A stretch of DNA of 64,000 nucleotides from Sphaerodactylus townsendi (GCF_021028975.2 NC_059426.1:67270001-67334000); one strand, 5' to 3'. Positions 40,621 to 55,235 are shown, counted from the first letter of the stretch. The notes: generated by a model from the sequence alone, not told the origin. Numbers and translations are program-made.

Positions 40621-41170
40621 TGTCAGGATTAGTAAAATGGATGACAGAAACAAAATGGATGAATGTATGTTCAGATTCCAACAGAAAGCATCATAAAGTT
40701 AGAAGTCATGTAAAGTTCAAATGACAGGCTTCAGTAAAAAGTAACAAGCGTAGATCTTTGAAGGGATTGGTGGAAAGTTATGGACCAATCGGCGGCTTGT
40801 TGCTGAGGCAGGATAATGTATCCAATGTATGAGACTGAGCCTAAGCTGGATTTGGGAACCTTTATATGTAACCTCCTACTCTGCATATTTCTTCTTCTGT
40901 AATGAGCTGTCTGTAGAGAAAGCTGTGTGCTTGGAAAGCTGTGTGATGTATATAGATTAGAAGTGTTCTGTATAGCTAGATTAGTTTATATTTGTAGTCT
41001 TGTATATCTTGCAACTTATTAAGTGAAGGCCTTCCAATGGAAAGAAGAACATGTTGAAGAGTGTTTATTTCCATGAGTGAAGAAGGTTCCTGTTGTGTGC
41101 AAGAAGACTACACCACTCTCTCTCTCCTTGCCATGAGTTCTACCGTTGCGTTAAATTACCTCTGCCGACA
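40621..41170. mobile_element. Solo LTR inserted into a SINE
   Basis: TGTC...GACA termini; 5-bp TSD GGTCA at 40616-40620 and 41171-41175. Confidence 0.72.
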
Positions 41171-42589
41171 GGTCATCCTATGAGCTGTCATGGTAAAGTA
41201 GGGGCTTTAACCTGGGTTTCTCTGATCCAACCACTATACCAATTCAGACGCAAAGAAGAAAGCATCACAAGACAGGCCGGGAGTTAAAGATCTCTGCTGA
41301 AGCAATGGAAGAGGTTGGATGGCATGTGTCTGTGGACAAGGGTTGCTGGGTCTCCCCAGACACAGGCTGGGAATGTGGGTGGGGTAGGGTTGCCAGGTCC
41401 AGGTTGGGAAACTCCTAGAGATTTGGGGATGGAGCCTGGGGAGGACAAGGCCCTCAGTGGGGTACACCTTCCAAATTGGTCATTTTCTTCATGAGAACTG
41501 ATCTCTGTAGTCTGGTTATGAGTTGATTCCGAGCTCCCACCTGGAGGCTGGCAACCCTACTTTGGACTATTCAGTTTTGAGTACTCATAGGCAGAAGATC
41601 TACTTGTAGGAGAACAGGGGGACATAGTTCTTTCCTCCATCTCTTGATGACGTAGCCAAAGAAAGCAGGTTCTCATGGAAGACAGCTAGGTCTATAATTA
41701 ATGCAAAGGAAGGTGCCATTAGAAGAAGCAGATGGGGCATTTTGGTATTTATCCTGCATAGACGGGGCGGGGGGGGGGTGTGTTAGTCAGACCTTGACTG
41801 ATACCTGCAGCCACTGCTCCCACCCTCCATGCCTATTTATTGTACTTAGCATTGAGGTCGCCAAAAAAAAAGACCTGTAACCCTTTTGTGGCTGTGCCAA
41901 TAGAAAACTCTTACCTGCTCCTTTGCAGAGCTCGCTTTATGGGCCTCATAGGATCCATTGCTGATCAATGTCTTCAATGTCAAGAGTTTGTGGATGAGGC
42001 CTGCAGCTGACAGCCAGTGCTAAGACTTTTTCCTGGGCAGGATGGCCCACTAGATTACACACTGGCCCAATCTGAAATCTACCACCAAGCTCTAGAAGCT
42101 AAACTATTAGATTAACCCAAGTTTGGAAGATAGATTAATTTGGTTTCTTAGCAGCAACCATGAAGGCCTCTCTCTCCCTCCTGTCTGCCTGTTCCTCTCA
42201 GTCTAGCACTGCTCCTGAAAATGGGCCTCACTTTTTCCCCAGCTCTGTTCTTTCTCTGTTGAGACTTGTCCGTTGCCTTGGAAATGCAAGCAAAGCATGC
42301 CTAATTGGCCACACAGCCCAGTAGGGGACAGCACTTGCTGCTAAACTGCTGTCCTGGAAAGAGAATGGAGATCTTGAATGTACCTGAAGGTGACCTACAA
42401 GTGATGTGAGGCTGCTAGCACCAGAAATAGTAAACTGTGGTGTCCAACTTGGAGCCCTCCAAAATGTGCCTATTACTGCTATGCAAAGTCTTGGAAGGCA
42501 CTACCTATATCTGCCTCTGTGACAGCAGGTGAAGCATCCATGTAGCATGGGGTTTGTTCGTATGTACCATCAGTGCCTGGGGGCAATGA

Positions 42590-42880
42590 AGAAGATGAGT
42601 TTGGATTTATATCCCCCATTTCTCTCCTATAAGGACACTCCTATAAGGGACTTACAAACTCCTTCATTCCCCCCACCCCCACAGCAGACACCTTGTAAGG
42701 TAGGTGGGGCTGAGAGAGTTCCAAAGAACTGTGACCACCCCAAGGTCACCCAGCAGACTTCATGTGGAGGAGCAGGGAAACAAATCCAGTTCATCAGATA
42801 AGAGTGCTGCTCATGTGGAGGAGTGGATAATAAAATCTGCATCTCCATATTAGAGTCCACCTGCTCTTAACCACTACACT
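42590..42880 (-). mobile_element. Squam3-like SINE
   Basis: Same head and tail as 15880-16170. Confidence 0.7.
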
Positions 42881-43439
42881 ATGCTGGGGCAAGCTAGACA
42901 GAAAATCTAAGGACTGGTCTACCCCTTCCTCATCTTATCATAATCTCTCCAGCAATGGTGCAGTCTTACATCACCAAAATCCCTGGCATATAATCACCCC
43001 ACAGATGCAAGGAGGAAAGCTATGTGCCCACCCAAGCAACAAAATTTGCTCCCAATCACCTTTGTAGCTTAGCATACTAAGTCTTCAGTCAGTTACAGAC
43101 CTCTCAAGTCTTGGTACTGAAGGACTTTGTGATGTTTCCTAGCCTTAGTCTTCAGAGTAGGGTTATAGAAAGTCCAAGTGACGGGCAGATTAGGATTTGT
43201 GTATCCTTCCTGTCCACTTCTCTTGTGCTGTCCTTTGAAGTGTAGATTGTTGCTCTTATGGAATCTTCCATCCTTCCAACACCATCTCTCTCTTTCTTCT
43301 CCACTTTACAACCAGGAGAGCAGCACATGTTTTCCTGCATCTCCATCCGTCCTAGTTTAAAATGCCATCTCTGTTTTATCCTGTCTAGAATGGGCCTCCT
43401 TCTAATAGAGGACTCCTATTAGTTTACTCTCCTGACCTG

Positions 43440-43625
43440 GATGGACCAGACTAGCCTGATCTCATCATATCTGAGAAGCTAAGCAGGGTCAGCCCTGCCT
43501 AGAACTGGGAGGGAGGCCACCAAGGAATACCAGGGCTGCTATGCAGAGGAAGGCAATGGCAAACAGCCATGTTAGTCTCTTGCCTTGGAAAAACCCCATA
43601 AGAGATCGCCATAAGTCAGCTGTGA
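43440..43625 (+). mobile_element. 5S rRNA-derived SINE with BovB-like tail
   Basis: CCTGATCTCATC..ATCTGAGAAGCTAAGCAGGGTCAG..GGGAGGCCACCAAGGAATACC is 5S-like, followed by GAGGAAGGCAATGGCAAAC...CGCCATAAGTC. Confidence 0.72.
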
Positions 43626-44574
43626 AATATGGTATACAGACACATTTGTTTATTAAGTTAAAAAGTTTCCGTATGAACTTCATTTCCTCAAACAACAAGC
43701 TAACACCCTTCCACTGGACCATGTGCCTTGTGCACTCTGCAAATTGTATCAAGTACTGTATAAACCCCAATCAGGATATCCATAGCTCAGTGCACCCCAT
43801 GCTGGGGTTGTAGGGAAAGTGCACCCACACAGATAAGCCAGGGAGGGGTTTTCTACCTTGTGATGGGGCTGCTGCAACAATTTCCCCACTGCTCCCACTC
43901 TGTGTGTACTGCCTTGGCAAACGTGCTCCCCCACACTGTTGACAGCTAAAGCATAAGCCCTGCTGAAGGAAAGAGCTGGCACTCCATTACTATGCCACAA
44001 GCACAAGATCATGCTGGCATAACCTGTTTCTCTGCAAAGGGGGTGCACAGGGAACACAGCAGATGGTATTCATTACTAAGCAGAGGACTTTGACCCAAAC
44101 CCAGCTTGGTTTCCTCCTTGTTTGCTAAATGGTAATTGTGGTGTACTCAGCAAAACTGCAACCATGGAGACTATGTTGAAATGCAGGGAGGATTTTGCTG
44201 CTCCAGAGAGCCTGGATTGCTCTCCACCCACACAGTCTCCTCCCTGCTTTGCCCCCCATTCTGCCCTCTAACCTATTTGCTGAGCTGCTCATCTGAAATC
44301 ATAGCAGGTGATGGAAGAACTCATTGCCAAATGTCCAATTTTTTAAAAGTCCACTGACAACTTTCCTAGGTAGTTTGGCTAATCAAAGTTTCTATGCCAT
44401 GCATGAATCTTTTGCGGACCATGCAACACAAACACACGCATACAGGCATCATGTCCTGCTTATGGATTTGTTTGGTGTAACTATGGACTCAGGGAGAGCC
44501 TGGCTCTGCCTTTCACAGTTGGTGCGTGTTGAGTCTGGCCGTAGCCCAGAAACCATTCAGAAAAGGGCTACCGT

Positions 44575-44640
44575 GTCCGTCTCTAACAACAAAGAATTTC
44601 ACTTGCTTGGGGGTGGGCTTTAGAAATCTATAAAAACAGA
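44575..44640 (+). promoter_or_regulatory. Core promoter of second alpha-tubulin
   Basis: TATAAAA at 44629-44635, GGGGTGGG box at about 44610, X-box-like GTCTCTAACAAC at 44579-44590; no CpG island. Confidence 0.65.
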
Positions 44641-44715
44641 AACTGCAAAGCAGCTCCATTCCCATCCTTTATCCTCTGAGCTCATTACTGCTGGGTCGAA
44701 GAGAACTTCTGCAAG

Positions 44716-44718
44716 ATG
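44716..44718 (+). CDS. Second alpha-tubulin exon 1 (ATG only)
   Basis: GCAAG ATG|GTGAGT about 80 nt downstream of TATAAAA (44629-44635). Confidence 0.8.
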
Positions 44719-44924
44719 GTGAGTCTTGCCATGACTGGTTAGCTTCCCTGAAGGTGAGGGAGAGCTAAAGCCTCACTCTAGTTAGTCATCAAGGCCATTC
44801 CATCTCTCCCTCTTGCCATCCTTGTGTCCTTCCTTTGTAAATGTCTGCCGTGTTAGATTTCTGTGTAGGGATTCATTTCATAACATTAAAGATATACAAA
44901 AGAGAGGAGGGAACCAACATATAA

Positions 44925-45190
44925 AGAAGAAGAAAAGAAGAAGAATTTGGATTTATCCCCCCTTCTCAACCATAAGGAGCCTCAAGGCAGCTTACAAATT
45001 CCTTTCCTCTCCCCACAACAGACACCTTGTGAGATAGGTGGCGCTGAGAGAGTTCTGAGAGAACTGTGACTGGCCCAAGGTCACCCAACAGGCATCATGT
45101 GTAGGAACGGGGAAACTAATCCAGTTCACCAGATAAGAGTCTGCTGCTCATGTGGAGGACTGGGGAATCAAACTGCTCTTAACCAATATA
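44925..45190 (-). mobile_element. Squam3-like SINE
   Basis: Same family as 15880-16170. Confidence 0.7.
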
Positions 45191-45404
45191 CAATGCTGAG
45201 AGAATCAGTAGTAATATGGCAGGAAAGTTGTTTGTTTCTCCCCCTAATTTGTCTACCATTCGACTCAGTCTCAGTTCTAAAGAAGGAGCAATATTAACAT
45301 ACCATACGCTGAAATAGTTTAAGGGAACTTTGACTGTCTGCTGTGCCAGACAAAAGCTCAGAGTCTTTGTATCTTTGTATCTTTCTACTATGGAAACACA
45401 GGTC

Positions 45405-45590
45405 CAGTGGTGGGATCCAACCAGTTCTCACCACTTCTCTAGAAGTGGTTACTAATTTCTTCTGAGTGCCAAGAAGAGGTTACTAAAGCAGCCTCCCTGC
45501 CCAATAGGGACTGGAGGTGCGTGTATGCGGTGGCGCCACTGTTTGAATCCCCCCACCATCGGAACCTGTTATTGAATCCCCCCACCACTG
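45405..45590. mobile_element. hAT MITE
   Basis: CAGTGGTGGG...CCCACCACTG TIRs; TSD CACAGGTC/CATAGGTC. Confidence 0.7.
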
Positions 45591-45819
45591 CATAGGTCCA
45601 TTTGATTGCTTTAAAAAAAGCTTTTGTGGCACAATGGAGTGCTGGGTTTAGAAAAGAGAGGCCTGGATTCAGATCCCTCCTCAGGCATTTAGTTGCGTTG
45701 TTGAAATTTCTACCTCTCAAGGTTGTTCTGAGAATAAATGTTTAAATCTAATATTTGCCACTAAAAATAACCATGCTGCTACTGAACAATGGCATATGTT
45801 GGCTGTAGTGCCGCTCTGA

Positions 45820-45970
45820 GGCCCCTTCCGCACGTGCAGAATAATGCACTTTCAATCGGCTTTCAATCCACTTTGCAGCTGGATTTTACTGTGCGGAATA
45901 GCAACATCTACTTGCAAGCAATTGTGAAAGTGGATTGAGAGTGCATTATTCTGCATATGTGGAAGGGACC
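45820..45970. mobile_element. Harbinger-type palindromic MITE
   Basis: GGCCCCTTCCGCACGTGCAGAATAATGCAC...GTGCATTATTCTGCATATGTGGAAGGGACC. Confidence 0.68.
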
Positions 45971-46987
45971 TCAAGTTTCTTGATTGAATTTCAGATTCAA
46001 TGGACCTCAAAACCTGTAGCTCAGTAACAGAGCATTTGCTGTGCAGATCTTTCTCTGCCTGAGTTGCAGCAGACTTACCTGCTAGTCAGAACAGACAGTG
46101 GTGAATGTAATGGACCAATGGCACTGGGTTCATGGCAGCTTTCTATGTGCAGGCTTACAGCCTTTAAAACAGACAATTAATAAAACAGGATAATCTTCTG
46201 TATACCATCATAAGCTTCTCGAAGGGCTGGGGTGGGATACCAATATGATAAAATAATAAAAAAAGAAGTAATTAAAAAGTAAACACATGGCTTCTTTTTT
46301 ACAATAATCATGCAACTGGAAAAGAGTGTTTTGGCTAGGTGAGAAGATGTAAAGGGAAATGGGCCTGGGTGAGGAGAGTGTAAGTCAAGAATCTCCTTAG
46401 TCACAGCAAAAAGTTTTTTTTAAAGTCTATTAGTGCTGATTTTGCATGTTAAAAGTACTTTCCAGAACCGCAAAGGTTGGGGACCTTTGGGAATGCCTCT
46501 CCATTGCTCCAGTGGCTTCTGCTGCTGAGATACCTCCTTGGCAGCAGAACGAGACCATTTTTCCTTCCTTGCTGCTCTGAGCTGTCCCTTCAATGAATGG
46601 GTGCCTTCTGCCATCCCCCCCCCCCGAAGTGGAATTAAAAACATGAAGGGAGAAACCTTGCAAAAAAACGTGAGAAACCTTGCAGAGAAGTGGCATGTGA
46701 AGGCGCTGTGGACAGGAAGACAGCGATTCCCTTGAAAATGCAAGGAGTTTAGAAGGGGGAAGGGGGGTTAGAGCACTGCCATTCCCTCACACATGCAGGG
46801 ATTTTAGACAGGGGTGGTTGGTGGGCGAGGGCACCGATTCCCAGTTCCTGTTAGCCCTCACCACACCCCAGAACGCCTCCGCATGGCCGCCCGCTCGGTG
46901 CGTCGTACGCCCCCATCCCCTTGGCGCTACGCCTCTGAGGGAACTTATAAAAGCTGGGAGAAAGAAGGTTTGATGCTTTTATCTTGA

Positions 46988-47449
<462 letters not shown>

Positions 47450-48725
47450 TAAGGTACTTCTCTGAATTCAAAGATGGTCCAAGTTATTTTAGTGCTTCTG
47501 CGGTGATTAAAAAACAGAACAATAAATCAACTACTAAACAATTCTTTAGTAGTCTCCTGGAAAACAGCTGCCTGCGTCAGGCTTCTCCACACTGCCTAAT
47601 GGGTATCACAAACTCTGTCTGATTTTGCCTAAATAAAACAAATTACATGCTACCCATTTTCTAATGGGAAAGCCCTTGAAAGCACAGTACTATGAAAATC
47701 AGTAGAAGATATGGGATGTGCATGCAAATTTGAGGGCCTCCTAAGAGAAAATCATGCTACGCCTTAAAGGTGCTTCCCAGTAGCAGCATTTTAGACTATA
47801 TCAAGCTGGGCTCAAGCCTGAACTGGGTGTAGGCCACCCCCAACGGTTCCTTTCAGTTATACTTTATAAGCCATAAGAAATTTAGAATCTGGACTCCTTC
47901 TCTACATTGTTTATGATGCAGATGTTATTTACCTAATATCTGCACATTGCATCAATTGTATAATGGCTTTGCGCTGCTACTTTTGTCAATAGACACATGA
48001 GAAGAAAAACTGTGTTGCCATGAGTCTGTGTATCAACTACATGTTTACAGTATAGTGAAGCGCTCAGATCCAAACAGTAAACTGGCATGTCTGCAGGAAC
48101 AATTACTTTCCTGGTATCTACATTTCCTGGTGTTCAGAGCCAGACTCTGGGCCAAGTTCTCTTGTACTGTTGCATTAAGAGGTATAACGTGTAATGCAAG
48201 TGTTTTATCTGTGCTGTGGAGCCAATGAATGAAACTGGGCCACAAGGGACCTGACCGATTTAAGTTTACTTGTGTAGCAAAGCGGTGGAAAAAAAATAAC
48301 CCATTTTGGTGTAGATCATTATGGGCTTGGAGTTGCCATACATGCAAAATTTTAAATGACTATGTATTGCATGCCACAAGTGTGGCTCAAAATGATAGCA
48401 ACAGATTAAAAAACAACTTAAACCCATTGCTGTAGTTCATGCCTTTCTCCAATGAATTTGCTTGTATTGGTTCATTCCTGAGTATCTCTTCTCTGGTTAT
48501 GTGTGTTGGGAAGTTGGCTATGAATTCTCAGCATCTCTTAGAAAGAAGACTATGTATCTTGCCTATGGCCATGACATGAAGCTCAGTTCCTAGCAAGCCA
48601 GTCTTGGGCCAGAGCAGTCCTTGCAGATACAGAAAAACAGAAGGCACATTTCAAAAGGATAGGATGAGACAAAAGAGACTTTCAGTATGTGAACAAGTTG
48701 ACCAATTGTATATTATGAATTCTAG

Positions 48726-48874
48726 ATGAGGTTCGGACTGGCACGTATCGTCAACTCTTCCACCCAGAACAACTGATCACTGGAAAGGAAGATGCTGCCA
48801 ATAACTATGCCCGTGGGCATTATACCATTGGAAAGGAGATAATTGACTTGGTGTTGGACAGGATCCGGAAGCTG
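48726..48874 (+). CDS. Second alpha-tubulin exon 3
   Basis: [17 protein letters not shown]...RIRKL; 149 nt. Confidence 0.95.
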
Positions 48875-49214
48875 GTAACTGGATTTAATAGTATGGGGAT
48901 GGGAAGAACTTGGGATCTGGAAGGAGCCCTGGTCTATCACTCAGTGAACTTATAGTGTAGATAATTAATGTCTAGTACACGTGCCTCAGTTTCCAATGGC
49001 TTATTAAGTTGTGGAGTGGAGAAAGATCAGTACATAGAATGGCATTTGTCTCTGCTGAGGCAAGAGCAGAGACAATTGAGACCCAATTGTTATCCGCCAG
49101 TAGGAACCAACATTAATCTCTTCAATGAAATTTTGTAAGAATAAATCAATCAATTCAACATTATTGGGTATCACAAACTCATTTATTTATTTGAAGTACA
49201 GAGAAGAAAGCTCT

Positions 49215-49412
49215 GACCTCAATAGCCCAAGTTAGTTTCATCTCATATCTCAAAAGTTAAGCAGAGTCATCCCTGGCAAGTATTTGGATGGGAGACCTCC
49301 AAGGAATATCTAGATTGTGATATGGAAGCAGGCAATGGCAAACCACCTCTGAACATCTCTTGCCATGCAAACCCCACCAGGGACTGCCATAAGTCAGATG
49401 TGACTTGGCGGC
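49215..49412 (+). mobile_element. 5S rRNA-derived SINE
   Basis: TATTTGGATGGGAGACCTCCAAGGAATA followed by a BovB-like tail. Confidence 0.65.
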
Positions 49413-49764
49413 AAAAAACAAAACAAACAGAGAAGAATGTAAAAACTGAAATTACTCCTGGATTAGTGACTCTGATGAGATTTTCCTTTAGTTTTGAGGC
49501 CATCTGTATTCTTCTAGATCATGTTCTGCTGAACGTGACATATGGAACCACTAAAAGTATGGCAATGACAGGAGTTTCAGAATCTTTGCCGGAAAGTCTT
49601 TGAGACAGAAATGTTAAATATATTTCTCACTTGATGTATGATGTTAAATGAGGGAAAATTTATTTACTTATATTAGTCATCTTAATGTTGAAAATTATAG
49701 TTCCAGCAGCACCATAAACAGCTGCATATCCCATACTATTTAAAAATGACTTAATTTAATAGAG

Positions 49765-50354
49765 TGTAGTCGACCCACGTGGTCAGCGTAAGAACGAGAC
49801 GAGACGCGGAGATAACATCGCGGCCCTTCCCCAGGCGACGGTGAGCAGGGTGGAGGTTCGAGGATTCCCGGGTTTCGGCACCAGCTTGTAGTCGACCCAC
49901 GTGGTCAGCGTAAGAACGAGACGAGACGCGGAGATAACATCTGGTGGAGATCGCCAGCAGCGGGAGCCCGGAGGTCCGTGTTCCTAGCGAGTCTCCCGCG
50001 TGCTGGTTCCTGGCACCTTTTATTGTTATTCTATCGGGGGCGTGTAGGAGGGAGGACCGGGGGGAGTTCCGGGAGAGCTGGCCGGGGAAGCGGGGAGGAG
50101 TCAGGGGAGATCATCATGTGATGCATGATCTCACCTGGCCTACGTGCTTGAGGAGCGTAATGGCGATCTGGAGCCTAATCCTGACCTGGGGGCAAGACCA
50201 TTGTCCCTGCGCCCGGTGACTGAGCCAGACAGTTCATGACCCGTGACTCATAGGGGGATGAGGAGTGGGGGTGCGGTGCGACCAGAAGGCCGTAGGTCCG
50301 TTGGCGTCCCAACGTTCTACCACGGTGCTGCTGGGTCAGCAGTGCATTACTACA
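49765..50354 (-). mobile_element. Internally deleted endogenous retrovirus (ERV2-like): 5' LTR + PBS(Phe) + end of 3' LTR
   Basis: TGTAGT...ACTACA termini; 6-bp TSD ATAGAG; 55-bp duplicated U5 end at 49765-49819 and 49887-49941; PBS TGGTGCCGAAACCCGGGA at 49883-49866. Confidence 0.85.
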
Positions 50355-51089
50355 ATAGAGAGTTTAAGAATTCACATAATGTTGGTCAGGGGCCTATCTA
50401 CTTGAAATGGTGCAGTTGGAGGCTGGTGAACGGGGCTCGACCCATTCACAATCTCCACATGGAGATTGCTAATGGAGCTGGCTGGCTTGTCCTGCCACAT
50501 CTCCACGTGGAGGTCAAGTGTGGGGCCAGCCCCATGCCAGACCTCCTCTATGCCACTGAGTACTTGTATCTGTGTTGACTAAAGAGAAGGAAAAGAATGG
50601 ACACAATCCAAGACAATGCACTGAAAGCAGTAGGATGGAATTTAGGCCAAAATCCTCTGCTCATTTGTTTGGGAATAAATACTACTGACCGTTGTAATCT
50701 CACATATAGCAAACCTCACTGAAGGAGCTTACTTCCAAATAAACATACATAAGTTTGGGTTATTAGTCATCACTAATTTAGGTGTAATTAACTTCAACTG
50801 GATTATGCCTAATGTGTTCAGAAGAAAATGGAGGTATGTGAAAAAGAATAAGTAGAGACTTCTATATACATAGTGGCAAATTCTTTGAAGTACAAGATTT
50901 TTCTAGAATGAAAAATTCTTCCTACAGACTTGTTGGTCAGAAATAGTATTGAATTCCAATGCTTAAATTCAAGGATTTAATGATGGAGCTCCTTGAGGAA
51001 TTCAGAAAGAGAAAGATTGAGTAAAACTCTAGAACACTTCAACCCACCACTCCTTAATTCATTTCCTTCTTTTATTTCCTGTTCCATAG

Positions 51090-52073
<984 letters not shown>

Positions 52074-52135
52074 TGCAGCCATGATGTGGGAATAAGTATT
52101 TGCATTTCTCTAGCCCGCAGGGAGTCTCCTCCCAA

Positions 52136-52141
52136 AATAAA
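52136..52141 (+). terminator. Polyadenylation signal of second alpha-tubulin
   Basis: AATAAA about 62 nt after the stop, followed by GT-rich sequence. Confidence 0.6.
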
Positions 52142-53229
52142 ATATTCCACAAATTCATGGTTTTGTTGTCTATTGATTCACTCCTTAAACAACTTTTCTT
52201 TAGCTATCTGTTACCATTTCTTCCAGACAAATGACACTTCACAACTGGGAGGTCTGATCCAAGGAAAACAACCACATTGCTCACTGTAACTTGTAACTTC
52301 ACCCAATTAAAAAAATCTGAAGAAAGCCATAAGAATTAAATTGGTATAAATTCAATATGCATTTAAAGTATAAATAGGTTGCTGCTAATTACTTGAATGG
52401 ATACTGGTTAAAGTGGGATGAATGTACTACTTGTGATTGTGGAAGATAACTTCACTGTCACGAAGTCTAACTGGATTCTGCTGAATTCATGTTTTTGTTT
52501 CTAGAAAACCAGAAGAATCCACACATGAAGGAACATGAGGTGGGAATGAAATGTTAAATTTCTGAGAAGTTAGAATGGATTGTACCACTTCAGATCAGAG
52601 CTGTGGGGACATATCAAAGAAAATATAAGACTTTTCTAGTTTCCCCACCAGGTCACTGGAATAGACAAAGCTATGACCAACCCAAATAATATCAAACATA
52701 TTTTGAAGTCAGAAGTTATAAAATAGTGTGACAGGTAAGTATAAACTTGGATGGCAGAAGTTAAAGGTGAGAATGGAACAATATGAACCAAGAACTATCA
52801 AATAAGATGTTAACTCACACTTTCCCAAACAAATTGCCTTTTGGGCATTATTTTAATCTCATATACTTAAGGATAGTATACAGTTCTGATGTCACAATGA
52901 CCCTCAACTTCCCATTGGCTACTGCAGCTATTAATCATCAAGGGAAGGAACAGGATTGGGGGGCTCATACAACAGTAAGTGCCCAGCAAGTCATCAGGTG
53001 AAACTAAAGAACACAGGCAATCTCTGGATGAGCTCAGGTACAGTCACATTAAGTGGCAATGTCAAATAACAATGGGAAGCAATGTAGTATGGAAAGATGG
53101 GGAGGGTGAAAAGTTGAAATAGGGATGCTGGGGAGTTTGGAACTTGAAGGGTTAAGAAAGCAGTGGGTCTTGATGGAAACAGGAAGTGAAGAAGAAATAC
53201 CAACCATGAGGAGATAATAATTATAAATT

Positions 53230-54420
53230 ATATACTTATACATTTTATTTATACCCTCTCCTCTCCAACCAAAGCCAGGCTGAGGGTGGCTTATAACCAA
53301 TATAACATTTAAATTTAAAATTACTATTCAACATTAAAATATCACTAATAAAATGTTCCCACATTGGTGCTTCGTAGCAAAATTATCCTCTCGGGAGGAT
53401 GGTCCAGTCAGAACATTTCTATCTTACAGGCCCTGAGAAATTGGTCTAAATCCCCCAGGGCTCAGATTTCGCTCGACAGTTCCACCAGGTTGGAGCCATG
53501 GCTGAAAAGGCCCTGGCTCTGATGGAGGACAGTTGGGTGGTTTTAGGGCCAGGGATCACTAAAAGGTTGGAAGAAGATGAGCATAGTGCTCTCTGAGGGA
53601 TATATATAGGGAGAGGCAATCCCAAAGATAGTATGATCCCAGAACATTGAGAGCTTTAAAGGTTAATACCAACACCTTGAACCTGATCCAGAATTCAATC
53701 TGCAGCCAGCACAGCTGGTGGAGGGCTGGTGTTGTGTGGGCTCTATGTGGGGTCCTGTCAGGACCCACACTGCCGCATTCTGGACCAGTTGTAGTTTTCA
53801 GAGCAGTCTCAAGAGTAGCCCTGCATATAGCAAGGTACGGTAGTCTAGTCTAGAGGTTAACGTTACATGGATCCATAAGGACCAGATAGGTGATCAGCTG
53901 CTGAGCCTGTTGGAGGTGGAAAAATACCAGTTTGGCAGTCTGTGTGATCTGTATGATCTCTAAAGAAAGAGAGGCATCCATGATCACTCCTAGATTCTTG
54001 ATGGAGGGGAGTGGCTTCAGCTGAACTCTATCCAGATTGGGAAACTGAACTCTCCAACCAAACCACCCACACTTAACCAAAGGATCTCCAACTTCTACAG
54101 GTTTGATTTCAGTCTGCTCTGTTTTAACCACCTCACAATGCCTTACAAGCATATGGTTAGATTTCCCAAGAAGGCACATGATAAGCTGTCCACTGACAAA
54201 TATAGCTGGGTGTCACCTGCATACTAGAGCTCTTTGGGGATGAGGCGGCCTATAAAATTGAATAAATAAATAAATAAATACTGATGGCAACTCAGCCTGA
54301 AACTCCTGGTGAGGGGCCCATATATATGATAAAAAGCACTGAGTAGAGTATCACCCCATTTGGAACTCCGAATACCATTGGGTAATGCATTGAGATCTTC
54401 TCCTCAAGTGCCACGCTCTA
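53230..54420 (-). mobile_element. L2-clade LINE fragment
   Basis: KNLGVIMDASLS and LCWLQIEFWIRFKVLVLTFKALN, typical of the L2 ORF2 C-terminus. Confidence 0.7.
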
Positions 54421-55087
54421 TCCCCAGCCTAATTTAAGGTACAGCCAGGGGTGTACTGCACAAGAGGACATATGGGGTCAAATGTCCCTGGGCTGTGGCC
54501 ATTTAGTCACATGGGGGGGGGAATCACCCCCACCCCTTCTCCTTCCCCCCAGGTCCATACACTGACTTCAAGACCTGGTGCAAAAAAAGGTTGTTTGGTT
54601 GTGATGGGGGAAGGCAGCCGCCCATATGGGGTGGGGGGCAGGGTGGAAAACTCAGATTTTGCACCAGACTACATTTTTCTTCTAGATAGGGTTGATACTC
54701 TCTTTCTGAAAAGGTCCTATAATTGTGGTGTCTTATCCGGAAGTCTTAAAATTCCAGCTCTACTGTAGAAAACAACCCCCTAAACCTCTTGTTTTCTATG
54801 GAATGATTCTCTGATCACCCATATACTGCCTAAGATGCCCAGAAAGCAGAAGTGAGTGGAATTCACCCAGTAAAGCTGATATTCCTTTTTTTACCCAGTT
54901 TTGCTAGCAGGAGGTCTCACTACCTCCTCATATATTTCCAAAATTAAGGTTTCGGTTATTTTGTTTTATTTACTTGATTTATACCCCCCTTTCCCCCCCC
55001 CCCCCCCAAGTGGGTATCCAAGGTAGTTTATATAATTCTCTTTTCCTTCATTTTATCCTCACAGTGACCCTATGAGATAGGTTAGAC

Positions 55088-55235
55088 CAGGGGTAGGGAA
55101 CCTGCGGCTCTCCAGATGTTCAGGAACTACAATTCCCATCAGCCCCTACCAGCATGGCCAATTGGCCATGCTGGTAGGGGCTGATGGGAATTGTAGTTCC
55201 TGAACATCTGGAGAGCCGCAGGTTCCCTACCCCTG
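55088..55235. mobile_element. Perfect 148-bp palindromic hAT MITE
   Basis: Exact reverse-complement symmetry around GGCCAA|TTGGCC; 8-bp TSD GGTTAGAC. Confidence 0.92.

Noticed and set aside
43440-43545. 5S rRNA gene
   Set aside because: Diverged, fused to a LINE-derived tail and dispersed in several copies: a SINE head.
49866-49883. tRNA-Phe gene fragment
   Set aside because: Only the 18-nt 3' end including CCA, adjacent to an LTR end: a retroviral primer-binding site.
49765-49941. CRISPR-like repeat-spacer-repeat
   Set aside because: Eukaryotic context, only two 55-bp copies, explained as LTR U5 ends.
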